From NCBI GenBank assembly GCA_964431965.1, contig CAYSLU010000004.1, positions 3,824 through 67,823 of the forward strand: a stretch of DNA of 64,000 bases. Direction: 5' to 3'. Both the position numbers and the translations under genes were made by a program. Each line of letters starts with the position of its first letter. Within the stretch, counting starts at the first letter, position 1. Under the pieces are notes generated by a model, which was not told the origin of the DNA, did no database searches, and saw only the letters and a program-made list of their open reading frames with translations. Shown piece after piece: positions 52,675-62,393 of this stretch. Source of the DNA: an uncultured Verrucomicrobiota bacterium. Its GTDB lineage: Bacteria > Verrucomicrobiota > Kiritimatiellia > CAIKKV01 > CAYSLU01.

Positions 52675-54198
52675 TCATCTCGAATACCACATGGCAGAGG
52701 TTATCCAATCCATCTCGCCCTTCGCCAGCCCCCATGCCTCGAACTGAAACTGCGCCCAGCGCTGGAACGGAAGCTGGTCCAGGAGGTGGTACCGGTGCAT
52801 GTGGGCGATCCGGTGCGAGCGGCTGCCGGCGATCCGCGTCTGTCCCCGGAAGGGATGGCTGAAGATGCCCTGGGAACACCAGGCGAAGCCGAAGTAGTCC
52901 TCCGTGCCGGTGCCGTGCCAGGCCGGGCGGGAGCGATCGTCCAGCCAGATCAGGTGGTCGCCTTCGCCCCACCACTGATCGCTCCGGCTGTCGACGCCGA
53001 GCACGCAGCCGACGAGGCGGCCCGGCCCGGCGGCCTCGACCAGTGTCACGATGTTCCGCGCGTCGGTCCGCAGCCCCGGGTGCTGCCGGTAGTTCGCCCG
53101 GAACCGGAGCGGGTATTGCGCGGCCTCGATGGGCTGGGTCCACGCCTCCGCCGTCACGGCGCACGCCCGCTCGGTCGCGTTGCTGACCAGCATCCGGCCT
53201 CCGTTCGAGAACGGCATGAACCACCGGAGCGTGACACGCGCCCCAGCCACGGAGGCCGGGAGGGACTCGGTGTCCTCGAGGTCGGCGGAAACACCGGCGA
53301 GCATGTGCAGCGGGGCGCGCACGGCGGGCGTCCCGTCCCAGGCGGCGTCCACCCACAGGCCCCGCAGGTCGGCCTTCGAGGCGCCGGTGAACCGCAGGCT
53401 GGCGACGGCGGCCGGCCCCGCCATCCGGAGGACCTCCATCGTCTGCCCCGGCTCGAGCCGCCGCTCGAGCGTCCGGAGCGCCGCGCCGGCGGCGCGCTCG
53501 GCGTCGAGGATCCGGCCGGCGAGCTGCCCGAGCAGGCGCGGCTCGCGGCCGATCTCGGCCGCGTCGAACGGGTGGACCTCGGCGGCGGGCGGCAGCGACT
53601 GCCAGGCCACCTGGTAGAGCTCCGACAGATCCTCCCGCCGCGGGGCCCACAGCACCAGCTTGCAGTGCGTCGCATGGACGATGGGGAAGTGCAGGTTGTG
53701 GCCCCGGGAGGTAACCGAAGCGTAGGGGCGGCGCACGGGCAGGAACCGGCCGGCCAGGAAGTCGGCGAAGGGCATCGACAGGGCCGCCTCCTCGCGCCCG
53801 TCGATGAAGAGGCCGACGGTGCCGACGGGGTTCGCCGACCAGACCCAGGTGATGGCGCCCGGGCCGTCGAACTCGGCCAGCGTCGCCCGGACCCGTCCCG
53901 GCTCGTCCGTCACGTCGGTCACGAAGCCGTGGTCCATGTCGCCCGTGATCGCGGGGGCCAGGTTCGCGAGGATGACCTTGCCGGTGTCGGAGCAGCTGGA
54001 GAACATCCTGGAGGAGGCCGTCTCGTCGACCGGCGCGGCCAGCGTCCGCGGGTCCGCGGCCGCCGCCAGCAGGGACGCCCAGGACACGCCCGGCGGCACA
54101 TGCCCTGTCTCCGGGGCCGCCCGCCGGCCGCACCCCTGACCGCCCAGGGCGAGCAGACCGGACGCGAAGAGCACGGCCCATGAGGTTACAGTCGTCAT
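52675..54198 (-). CDS. DUF2961 / glycoside hydrolase family 172-like secreted protein
   Basis: Start at the ATG at 54198 (MTTVTSWAVLFASGLLALGGQGCG, a signal/lipoprotein-like N-terminus). C-terminal hallmark GEGDHLIWLDD...WHGTGTEDYFGFAW is typical of DUF2961. Confidence 0.7.
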   Translation of the reverse strand: MTTVTSWAVLFASGLLALGGQGCGRRAAPETGHVPPGVSWASLLAAAADPRTLAAPVDETASSRMFSSCSDTGKVILANLAPAITGDMDHGFVTDVTDEPGRVRATLAEFDGPGAITWVWSANPVGTVGLFIDGREEAALSMPFADFLAGRFLPVRRPYASVTSRGHNLHFPIVHATHCKLVLWAPRREDLSELYQVAWQSLPPAAEVHPFDAAEIGREPRLLGQLAGRILDAERAAGAALRTLERRLEPGQTMEVLRMAGPAAVASLRFTGASKADLRGLWVDAAWDGTPAVRAPLHMLAGVSADLEDTESLPASVAGARVTLRWFMPFSNGGRMLVSNATERACAVTAEAWTQPIEAAQYPLRFRANYRQHPGLRTDARNIVTLVEAAGPGRLVGCVLGVDSRSDQWWGEGDHLIWLDDRSRPAWHGTGTEDYFGFAWCSQGIFSHPFRGQTRIAGSRSHRIAHMHRYHLLDQLPFQRWAQFQFEAWGLAKGEMDWITSAMWYSR

Positions 54199-54261
54199 GC
54201 TGAGTCGTCCCAGTATAGCATACGCCGCCTGACGCAGACCGCCAGGGGAGGAACCGACGCC

Positions 54262-55428
54262 ATGTCCGACACACCGATACACCCGGGCTTCCGGATCGTT
54301 CTGGACGTCCCGCTGCAGGAGGTGAACGCCGAATACTGCTGGTTCCACCCGCGGTGCGCGTCGGTCCCCGGCGCCGACCGAAACGGGGCCCCGGCCGTGA
54401 TCATGACGATCCAGAAGCACCTCGGGGTCAGCGATTTCTACTCCGGCCTGTACGCGATGCGCACGGACGACCTGGGCCGGATCTGGCGCGGGCCCGACGC
54501 CATCGCGGAGCTGGGGTGGCGGACCGACGCGAACGGCGTGATCACCGCGGTGGCCGACGTGACGCCCGGCTATCACCCGCCGACCGGGAAGCTGCTGGCC
54601 GTGGGCGCGCAAGTGCGCTACAGCCCGGCCGGGGAGCAGATCGAGGATGTGAAGCGCGCCCACTCGACGGCCTACGCCGTCCACGACCCGGCCTCGGGCC
54701 GGTGGTCGCGCTGGCGCACGCTCGAGATGCCGTCCGTCGCGGACTTCGAGTTCTCGCGCAACGCGTGCTCGCAATGGCTGGTCGAGGCAGATGGAACCCT
54801 CCTGCTGGCGTTCTACCACTCGCGGGATGTCTCGGAGGCGTTCCGGGTAACGGTCTTCCGCTGCCGCTTCGACGGGTCGGAGCTCGTGTGCGGCGAGCGC
54901 GGCGGCACGCTGGCCCTGCCGGTCCAGCGCGGGCTGTGCGAGCCGTCGCTCGCCCGCTTCGGCGGGCGCTACTACCTGACGCTCCGCAACGACCTGCGCG
55001 GCTATGTAACCTCCAGCGCCGACGGCCTGCATTATGATCCCATCCGCCCGTGGACTTTCGACGACGGGCTGGAGCTGGGCAGCTACAACACCCAGCAGCA
55101 CTGGCTCTCGCACTCGGACGGGCTCTTCCTCTGCTACACGCGGCGCGGTGCCAACAACGACCACATCCCGCGAAATCGGGCTCCGATCTTCATCGCGCAG
55201 GTCGATCCGCGCCGGCTGTGCGTCATCCGCGCCACCGAGCGGGTGCTGATCCCCGACCGCGGACTCATGCTGGGCAACTTCGGCGCCGCCACCATCAGCG
55301 CGGGTGAATCGTGGGTGACCGACTCGGAGTTCATCGACTTCAAGCTGAAGATGGGCCCGAGCCCGCGCGGCGGCGACGGCAGCACCTTCGTCGCGCGCGT
55401 CATCTGGGCGGCGGCCAACCGCGGGTAG
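54262..55428 (+). CDS. Hypothetical protein (possible sialidase/BNR-like beta-propeller)
   Basis: 388 aa with normal composition, no signal peptide, and weak Asp-box-like segments (SSADGLHY). Divergent from the GH172 gene. Confidence 0.45.
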   Translation: MSDTPIHPGFRIVLDVPLQEVNAEYCWFHPRCASVPGADRNGAPAVIMTIQKHLGVSDFYSGLYAMRTDDLGRIWRGPDAIAELGWRTDANGVITAVADVTPGYHPPTGKLLAVGAQVRYSPAGEQIEDVKRAHSTAYAVHDPASGRWSRWRTLEMPSVADFEFSRNACSQWLVEADGTLLLAFYHSRDVSEAFRVTVFRCRFDGSELVCGERGGTLALPVQRGLCEPSLARFGGRYYLTLRNDLRGYVTSSADGLHYDPIRPWTFDDGLELGSYNTQQHWLSHSDGLFLCYTRRGANNDHIPRNRAPIFIAQVDPRRLCVIRATERVLIPDRGLMLGNFGAATISAGESWVTDSEFIDFKLKMGPSPRGGDGSTFVARVIWAAANRG

Positions 55429-55493
55429 GTCATGCAGGGCTCGATTGTCCTTACTGGAGCCGAGGCTCCAGAACAACGCCAAGCCGCCCCGCG

Positions 55494-57008
55494 CTACTCG
55501 GCAAGCACCTCGATCGAGACTGGATTGCTCAGGACTCGTACTACCTTCGTTCTGTTCCCGCCGGCCACTTTGCCGCCTTTCGGATGGCCGTGCCGCAGGT
55601 CGAGCGCGAAACGCACCGTGTGGGTGCCGGGCCCAGGAGACAGGCTCCTCAGCTCGAACCGTCCGGGCGATTCCGTCGCCAACCGGGCCTGCCACTGCCC
55701 GGCAAGCGAGACCAGCATGCCTCCTATTTCCTCACCGGGATGCACGGAGCTACCCGTGCCGCGCCATCCGGCGCTCCAGGTGTAAGGACAACCGTCCACG
55801 TTCAGGTCATGGGGCTGCTGAGACAGGACGACCGTGTAGTCGAGAGCGCTGTGATTGCGAATCTGGAGCTCCAGCGTCGGCAGTTCGCCCGTCCGCCACT
55901 TCGTCTTGTGCGGCACCAGGCGGCACTGCACGCCATCCACAGCGTCGCCCCAGGGTTCGGCGGCGGCAGTCAACGGACTGGGGGCGGGGAGCGGCGCCCA
56001 CGGCGCGTTGGTCATTGCGACCTCGGTCTCTGTCGCCAGATCGGCATCGCGTGGTGCGGTGCCGTCGTCAATCCGGCATGGCAGGCGGGCCGCGATCCGG
56101 AACACAGCGCCCGCGCCTAGGCCCAGATCCGCGGACCACCGCCCCAGCGTCGGCATCGAAACGGAGTGATGGGCGAGCGCGACGCGCTTGGGCGCAATGG
56201 CGCTCGGGGAGTCATCGAGCCCCACGCCGCCCGCCAATCCCTGGATCGTGCCGGTGGCGCCACCGTCGCGGCTCAGAGCCACCATTTCCCATCCGTTGGA
56301 ACTCACGATCGTGACCGGTCGATCGGTCAAGTTCTCGACGACGAGCGTGAAGCGGCCCTCCTTCCCGTACTCCATCGCCCGTACCAGGATACCCGCACGC
56401 ACGACGCCCGCGGGTTTCCCCCACGCGATCCGATCCGTCGTCATTTCGAACGGCGCCTCTGCCGTGAGCGTGCCGGACCAGCCTCCCTCCTCTTTCGACT
56501 CGCGAACCGTGAGTGCCGTGCGAATCAGCAGCGGCCCCGGAACCAATCCCCTGAGGTCGAGGTAGCCCAACTCCTCGGACTTCGTGACCGTGATGATCTC
56601 GCCGGTGGCGATGGTGCCGGGTCTGAATTCCGGTCCTTCGAGTTTCTGAAGTGGAGGTTCGGGGATGGGCTGCCCGGTGCTGGAGAGAACCTCCGCGTGG
56701 ACCGAGTAGCCGAGTCGCGTCTCGAATCGTGTTCCCGGGGAGTCGACTCGGCCGGCGAGGTTCAGAGGTCCATCAGAAACATTCCGGAGCAGGACAGCGA
56801 ACGTCACGGCTTCATCGTCGAGGCAATATCGGCTGGGGCAGAGATCGATGCCCATCTGCAGCCCGCGAACCGCTGCTCCCCACAGCGGGGCATTGCTGTG
56901 GCTGACGGGTTCTGTCCGCGGTGCATCGCTCGCCGCTCCTCCGCGAGCCGTTCCCAACATACTGAGACATACGAGCGCAACCGGAAGGGGCGATCTCAGA
57001 CCGCGCAT
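55494..57008 (-). CDS. Secreted hypothetical protein
   Basis: 504 aa. Signal peptide MRGLRSPLPVALVCLSMLGTARGGAAS. No recognised domain. Confidence 0.5.
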   Translation of the reverse strand: MRGLRSPLPVALVCLSMLGTARGGAASDAPRTEPVSHSNAPLWGAAVRGLQMGIDLCPSRYCLDDEAVTFAVLLRNVSDGPLNLAGRVDSPGTRFETRLGYSVHAEVLSSTGQPIPEPPLQKLEGPEFRPGTIATGEIITVTKSEELGYLDLRGLVPGPLLIRTALTVRESKEEGGWSGTLTAEAPFEMTTDRIAWGKPAGVVRAGILVRAMEYGKEGRFTLVVENLTDRPVTIVSSNGWEMVALSRDGGATGTIQGLAGGVGLDDSPSAIAPKRVALAHHSVSMPTLGRWSADLGLGAGAVFRIAARLPCRIDDGTAPRDADLATETEVAMTNAPWAPLPAPSPLTAAAEPWGDAVDGVQCRLVPHKTKWRTGELPTLELQIRNHSALDYTVVLSQQPHDLNVDGCPYTWSAGWRGTGSSVHPGEEIGGMLVSLAGQWQARLATESPGRFELRSLSPGPGTHTVRFALDLRHGHPKGGKVAGGNRTKVVRVLSNPVSIEVLAE

Positions 57009-57539
57009 GGCGGACCTCCTTTAGCGCTTCCGAACATGACCTGACCCTTCGTCTCCGCAGACCACGCGGTGGGTTTGGAGGTCCGGCGGGTCAGTTGCTC
57101 ACCGGATTGTTGCCATCTCCTGCGCCGCCGTCAATCGATCCCGCAGACGCCGCGCGGCTGCGTTGGTGAGCCCGCCCCACGCCAGCCTTCGGGAGGTGTG
57201 CACACCTTGTAAGGTATGCACACCCCGCGGTGGATGCGCCTGCAGCATCGGCGGCGTATGTGTGTCGCGTCTTCTCTCTGTGGCCATGCGTCTGCACCGG
57301 AATTGCGTCAGGCCATGGCGTCCATGTGATCCTCCTCTGCGATCTCTGCGTTTCTACGGTGCAATCCGGATAGTCACCACAGCGCCGGGGCCGCGGAAGC
57401 GGTGGCGCCGCTTCGCATATCGCGGCCGCTGAACCCCCGCAAACCGCCGCTGGACGGCGGGGGCCCCTTCGGATAGGTTCGCGCGGTGTTGAGACGCACT
57501 CCGCCCCGCAGCGGGCGACACGACGAGGAGCAGAGACCC

Positions 57540-58790
57540 ATGAGCATTCCAGCAGCCGACCGCGACATCCTGCGCCCGCTCGCCGAGCGCGTGGCGGAGA
57601 TCGCCGCCATGCCCATCCACCACCAGACCATCCGCGAGTGGCGGCGTCTGAACGCCCGCAAGCCCGGCCGCCCGCTCGTCTGGATCAATGAGCTCCCGTG
57701 GCACGAGATGGACGTGGACGGCGAGCTCACGGTGCGCTGCTCCGACCCGCTGGCGCGGCAGGCGGAGTCGCACCTGCGCACCACCATCTACCTTTGGACC
57801 CACATGCCCGCCGACATGGTTGTCGAGCCCGTCTACCGCGTCGGCCTCGCGATCAGCGACTCCGGCTTCGGCATCCGCGAGGACGTGCGCATCGAGCAGA
57901 CCGATCCGCGCAGCGGCGTCGTCTCGCGCGAGTTCCACCAGCAGATTCGGGACGAGAAGGACCTCGACAAGATCAAGACGCCAGTCGTCACGCACGACGT
58001 CGAGGCGACCGAGCGGTCCGTCCAGGCGCTGAGCGGCGCCGTCGGGGACATCCTGCCGGTCCGGACGTGCGGGGTCGTCCACACGTGGTTCGCGCCGTGG
58101 GACGAGCTCATCCGCTGGTGGGACGTCGAGGAGGCGATGGTCGACCTTTCCGAGCGGCCGGCGCTCGTGCACGCGGCCATGGACCGGCTGGTGAGCGCCT
58201 ACCTGGCCCGCCTCGAGCAGTGGCGGAAGCTCAACCTGCTCTCCCTGACGGACGGCAACTACCGGGTCGGATCCGGCGGGCTGGGCTACGCCGACGAGCT
58301 GCCGGGCCCGGGCTTCGACCCCGCCCATGTGGGCACGCACAACCAGTGGGGCTGCGCGACGGCGCAAATCTTCTCCGACGTTTCGCCGGACATGCACGAG
58401 GAGTTCGCGCTCCGGTACGAGCGCCGCTGGCTCAAGGAATTCCGCATCACCTACTACGGCTGCTGCGAGCCGCTGCACAACAAGCTCGGCATCCTGGCCT
58501 CGGTTCCGAACCTGCGGAAGATCTCCATGAGCCCGTGGGCGGACGTGGGCAAGTACATGGCCCAGGCGGCAGACCGGTACGTCCTCTCGCACAAGCCGAA
58601 CCCGGCCGTGCTGGCCACGGATGACTGGAACCTGCCGCTCGCCCGCCGCAACCTCGAGGAGGTGCTCGATCGGACGCGCGGCGCCGCGATCGAGGTCATC
58701 CTCAAGGACGTCAGCACCGTCCGCTACCAGCCCCGGCGCCTCTGGGACTGGGCCCAGATGGCCACGGACGTCGCCGCGCGCTACGCGTGA
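57540..58790 (+). CDS. Hypothetical protein (possibly uroporphyrinogen-decarboxylase-like TIM barrel)
   Basis: Start at the ATG at 57540 after GGAG. 416 aa. The family assignment is tentative. Confidence 0.4.
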   Translation: MSIPAADRDILRPLAERVAEIAAMPIHHQTIREWRRLNARKPGRPLVWINELPWHEMDVDGELTVRCSDPLARQAESHLRTTIYLWTHMPADMVVEPVYRVGLAISDSGFGIREDVRIEQTDPRSGVVSREFHQQIRDEKDLDKIKTPVVTHDVEATERSVQALSGAVGDILPVRTCGVVHTWFAPWDELIRWWDVEEAMVDLSERPALVHAAMDRLVSAYLARLEQWRKLNLLSLTDGNYRVGSGGLGYADELPGPGFDPAHVGTHNQWGCATAQIFSDVSPDMHEEFALRYERRWLKEFRITYYGCCEPLHNKLGILASVPNLRKISMSPWADVGKYMAQAADRYVLSHKPNPAVLATDDWNLPLARRNLEEVLDRTRGAAIEVILKDVSTVRYQPRRLWDWAQMATDVAARYA

Positions 58791-58998
58791 CCCGGTCGGT
58801 CGCGCGTTCTCACCCGGCTCGGGCATCGACGGGGTTCCGGCCGGCCGTCTGCTCGCGGGCGGCTGAGGTGGCCCGCCGCGACGGGACACGATGGCTCGAC
58901 ATCGACGGGCCGAACCGTATCATATGTCCGCGTTTTCGGGACCCCGCCCGCTCCCGGCGTGCGGCGGCCCGGCGACCCGATTAAGGAGAAGGGCTTCC

Positions 58999-60984
58999 AT
59001 GAACGATCTGCAGCTTGTTGCCAACACCATCCGCGGCCTCGCGATGGACGGGGTTCAGAAGGCCAATTCGGGGCATCCCGGCATGCCCATGGGGATGGCG
59101 GATATCGTGTCCGTCCTGTACCTCAAGCACCTGAAGTACCACCCGGCCCACCCGGACTGGCCCGACCGCGACCGCTTCGTGCTCTCCGCCGGCCACGGCT
59201 CGATGCTGCTCTACAGCGTCCTGCACCTCGCGGGCTATGACTTCCCGATGTCCGCGCTCCAGTCGTTCCGGCAGTGGGGCAGCCCGGCCGCCGGCCACCC
59301 CGAGGCCGGCCACGCCCCGGGCGTCGAGACCACCACCGGCCCGCTCGGCCAGGGCTGCGGCAACGGCGTCGGCATGGCCCTCGCGGAGCGCATGCTCGCC
59401 GCGCGCTTCAATGCGGCCGGCGCGACCCCGGTCGACCACCGGACCTACGTCCTCGCCAGCGACGGCGACCTGATGGAAGGCATCTCGCACGAGGCGTTCG
59501 CCATCGCCGGCCACCTCGCGCTGAACAAGCTCGTCGTCTTCTACGACTTCAACCGCATCACGATCGAGGGGTCGACCGACTTGGCCTACAGCGACGACGT
59601 GCGCAAGCGCTTCGAGGGCTACCACTGGAACGTGCTCGACATCGACGGCCACGACCTCGCGGCCATCGACGGGGCCATCGCGGCGGCGAAGACCAGCACG
59701 AAGCCCACGATCATCATCTGCCGCACGCACATCGGCCACGGGGCCCCGAACCTGCACGACACGGCCAAGGCGCACGGCGAGCCGCTGGGCAAGGACGAGA
59801 TCCGCGCCGCCAAGAAGAACCTCGGCCTGCCCGAGGACCAGGACTTCCACGTGCCCGACCGCGCTCGCGCGGCCTTCGCCGCCCGCCGCGGCGAGCAGGA
59901 CGCCGCCTTCGCCGCTTGGACGGCCGCCTTCGCCGCCTACCGGAAGGCCAGCCCGGACCTGGCCAAGGCCTGGGACGCGGCCCAGTCCGGCGCGCTGCCT
60001 GACGACCTGTACGCCCTGCTGCCCGCGTTCGACGCGAAGCCGATCGCCACGCGCGCGGCCGGCGGCAAGATCATCCAGTCGCTCGCCAAGGCGATCCCAC
60101 ACCTGATCGGCGGCTCCGCGGACCTCGCGCCCAGCACGCGCACGCTGATCGAGGGGGTTCCGTCCGTGAAGGCCGGCGCGTATGACGGCCGCAACTTCCA
60201 CTTCGGCATCCGCGAGCACGGAATGGCCGCGCTGATGAACGGCATGCTGCTGCACGGCGGCTTCCGCGTGTTCGGGGCCACGTTCTTCGTGTTCCTCGAC
60301 TACTGCCGCCCCTCCGCCCGCATCGCCGCCATCGCGAACCTGCCCGCGATCTACGTCTTCACGCACGACAGCTTCTACGTCGGCGAGGACGGGCCCACCC
60401 ACCAGCCGATCGAGCACATCGCCAGCTTGCGCTGCATGCCCAACATGAGCGTGATCCGGCCGGCGGACGCCACCGAGACGGGCGCCGCGTGGGTCGCCGC
60501 CCTTAAGAACAAGACCGGCCCCACGGCGATCCTGCTCACCCGCCACAACCTGCCGGTGTTCGACCGGAAGTCCTGTCCGCCGGCCAGCCTCGTGGAAAAG
60601 GGCGCCTACGTGATCTGGGAGAGCGCGCCGGGCCAGCCGCGCATCACGCTCATCGCGAGCGGATCCGAGGTCACGCTCGCGCTCGACGCGGCCAAGGCGC
60701 TCTCGAAGGAGCATGCCGTGCGCGTGGTCAGCATGCCGTCGTGGGACCTGTTTGAGAAACAGGACGCGGCCTATCGGAGCCAGGTCATTCCGCCCGACTG
60801 CCCCGTGAAGCTGGCGATCGAGGCCGGCTCGTCCATGGGCTGGGAGCGCTACGTCGGGCCGAAGGGCCGGGTCATCGCGATGGACCGCTTCGGCGCATCG
60901 GCGCCGTACGCCGTGCTGGCCGAGAAGTTCGGCTTCACCGTGGACAACGTCGTGCGCACCGTGCGCGAGATGCTGTCCGCATAG
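58999..60984 (+). CDS. tkt: Transketolase
   Basis: Start at the ATG at 58999 after AAGGAG. ThDP-binding N-terminus VQKANSGHPGMPMGMADI...SAGHGSMLLY, with pyrimidine-binding and C-terminal domains present. Confidence 0.95.
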   Translation: MNDLQLVANTIRGLAMDGVQKANSGHPGMPMGMADIVSVLYLKHLKYHPAHPDWPDRDRFVLSAGHGSMLLYSVLHLAGYDFPMSALQSFRQWGSPAAGHPEAGHAPGVETTTGPLGQGCGNGVGMALAERMLAARFNAAGATPVDHRTYVLASDGDLMEGISHEAFAIAGHLALNKLVVFYDFNRITIEGSTDLAYSDDVRKRFEGYHWNVLDIDGHDLAAIDGAIAAAKTSTKPTIIICRTHIGHGAPNLHDTAKAHGEPLGKDEIRAAKKNLGLPEDQDFHVPDRARAAFAARRGEQDAAFAAWTAAFAAYRKASPDLAKAWDAAQSGALPDDLYALLPAFDAKPIATRAAGGKIIQSLAKAIPHLIGGSADLAPSTRTLIEGVPSVKAGAYDGRNFHFGIREHGMAALMNGMLLHGGFRVFGATFFVFLDYCRPSARIAAIANLPAIYVFTHDSFYVGEDGPTHQPIEHIASLRCMPNMSVIRPADATETGAAWVAALKNKTGPTAILLTRHNLPVFDRKSCPPASLVEKGAYVIWESAPGQPRITLIASGSEVTLALDAAKALSKEHAVRVVSMPSWDLFEKQDAAYRSQVIPPDCPVKLAIEAGSSMGWERYVGPKGRVIAMDRFGASAPYAVLAEKFGFTVDNVVRTVREMLSA

Positions 60985-60991
60985 CCGGCGG

Positions 60992-61017
60992 GGGTCCCGC
61001 GGCCCGCCGCGGGACCC
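60992..61017 (+). terminator. GC-rich hairpin GGGTCCCGCGG-CCCG-CCGCGGGACCC, 8 nt after the tkt stop (no U-tract)
   Basis: Perfect 11-bp stem seen in the sequence. Lacks a T-run, so it could be an attenuator or an RNA-stability element rather than an intrinsic terminator. Confidence 0.3.
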
Positions 61018-61046
61018 TCCGGCGCGATCCGACAGCGAGGGGCCCC

Positions 61047-62321
61047 ATGTCCCGTCTTATCATCCGCGGCGGCAAACGCCTGAGCGGCACCTACACGCCC
61101 AGCGGCAACAAGAACGCCGTGCTGCCCATGCTCGCCGCCTGCACGCTCACCGCCGAGCCGGTGATCCTGCACAACGTCCCGCTCATCCAGGACGTGTCCA
61201 CGATGCTCGAGATCCTCGCGAAGCTCGGCGTGTGCGTGGACCTTCAGGGCCACACCGTCACGCTCTGCGCCAAGGGCCTGCGCCGCACGCGCCTCGATCC
61301 CGAGCTCTGCCGCCGCGTCCGCTCGTCGATCCTCTTCGCCGGGCCCCTCAGCGCCCGCTACGGCCGGGCCGTCATCTTCCCGCCCGGGGGCGACGTCATC
61401 GGCCGGCGCCGGCTCGACACCCATTTCGACGGCCTGCGGTCGCTCGGGATCGAGCTGCAAGGCGGCGACCAGTATCGGTTCCGCCGCCGGACCCTGGCGG
61501 GAACCCGCATCCTGCTCGACGAGGCCAGCGTGACCGCCACCGAAAACGTCATCATGGCGGCGACGCTCGCCGAGGGCGCCACGTCGATCTTCAACGCCGC
61601 CTGCGAGCCGCACGTGCAGGACCTGTGCGCCCTGCTGAACCAGATGGGCGCGGCGATCCGCGGGATGGGCACGAACTGCGTGACCGTCGAGGGCGTGAAG
61701 GAGCTACGCGGGGCCGAGCACCGGATCCAGCCGGACCACACGGAGATCGGCAGCTTCATCGTGGCCGCCGCCGTCACGGGCGGCGAGCTGGTGGTCACCG
61801 AGTCCGAGCCCGACCACCTCGCGCCGGTCGAGAAGGCCTTCCGGAAGCTGGGCATCCGATGGACGGCGGACGGCGGGCGCCTCTGCGTTCCCGGCCGCCA
61901 GCGCCTGCGGATCGCGAGGGACTTCGGGGCGGCGGTCACCAAGATCGAGGACGGCCCCTGGCCCGCGTTCCCGTCAGACCTCATGAGCATGGCGATCGTC
62001 GCGGCGACGCAGGCGTCCGGCACCGTCCTCTTCTTCGAGAAAATGTTCGAGAGCCGGATGTACTTCGTGGACCGGCTGATCGACATGGGCGCGCGGATCA
62101 TCCAGTGCGATCCGCACCGCGTCATCGTCACCGGCCCGGCCCGGCTTCACCGGATGCACCTCGCCAGCCCGGACATCCGGGCCGGCATGGCCATGCTGAT
62201 CGCCGCGCTCTGCGCGAAGGGCGAGAGCGTGATCGACAACGCCCAGGTGATCGCCCGCGGCTACGAGCAGGTCGATGAGAAGCTCTGCGCGCTCGGCGCC
62301 GATATCGCGCGGGCCGACTGA
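61047..62321 (+). CDS. murA: UDP-N-acetylglucosamine 1-carboxyvinyltransferase
   Basis: 424 aa. MurA N-terminus LSGTYTPSGNKNAVLPMLAACTL and the EPT fold throughout. Confidence 0.95.
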   Translation: MSRLIIRGGKRLSGTYTPSGNKNAVLPMLAACTLTAEPVILHNVPLIQDVSTMLEILAKLGVCVDLQGHTVTLCAKGLRRTRLDPELCRRVRSSILFAGPLSARYGRAVIFPPGGDVIGRRRLDTHFDGLRSLGIELQGGDQYRFRRRTLAGTRILLDEASVTATENVIMAATLAEGATSIFNAACEPHVQDLCALLNQMGAAIRGMGTNCVTVEGVKELRGAEHRIQPDHTEIGSFIVAAAVTGGELVVTESEPDHLAPVEKAFRKLGIRWTADGGRLCVPGRQRLRIARDFGAAVTKIEDGPWPAFPSDLMSMAIVAATQASGTVLFFEKMFESRMYFVDRLIDMGARIIQCDPHRVIVTGPARLHRMHLASPDIRAGMAMLIAALCAKGESVIDNAQVIARGYEQVDEKLCALGADIARAD

Positions 62322-62327
62322 ACGGCG

Positions 62328-62357
62328 GAACGGGCGCCGATCGTCCGGCGCCCGTTC
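62328..62357. terminator. Hairpin GAACGGGCGCCG-ATCGTC-CGGCGCCCGTTC between convergent murA and the LTXXQ gene
   Basis: Perfect 12-bp stem, 7 nt after the murA stop, followed by ATTCCTC (a weak T-tract). Confidence 0.5.
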
Positions 62358-62393
62358 ATTCCTCAAGCGGAACCGATGCGGCCCCGCGTTCGA

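Noticed and set aside
47282-54274. 2330-aa version of the giant repeat protein
   Set aside because: The N-terminal 550 codons read through the neighbouring GH172 gene region and are low-complexity. A signal peptide with a strong RBS starts at 52624.
52675-55695. 1006-aa minus-strand ORF
   Set aside because: Only the C-terminal 507 aa (the DUF2961 protein with a signal peptide, starting at 54198) are credible. The N-terminal half is a shadow of the plus-strand gene 54262..55428.
57354-60714. 511-aa and 577-aa minus-strand ORFs antisense to the 57540..58790 gene and to tkt
   Set aside because: Antisense to a well-conserved transketolase and an RBS-preceded ORF. Biased composition.
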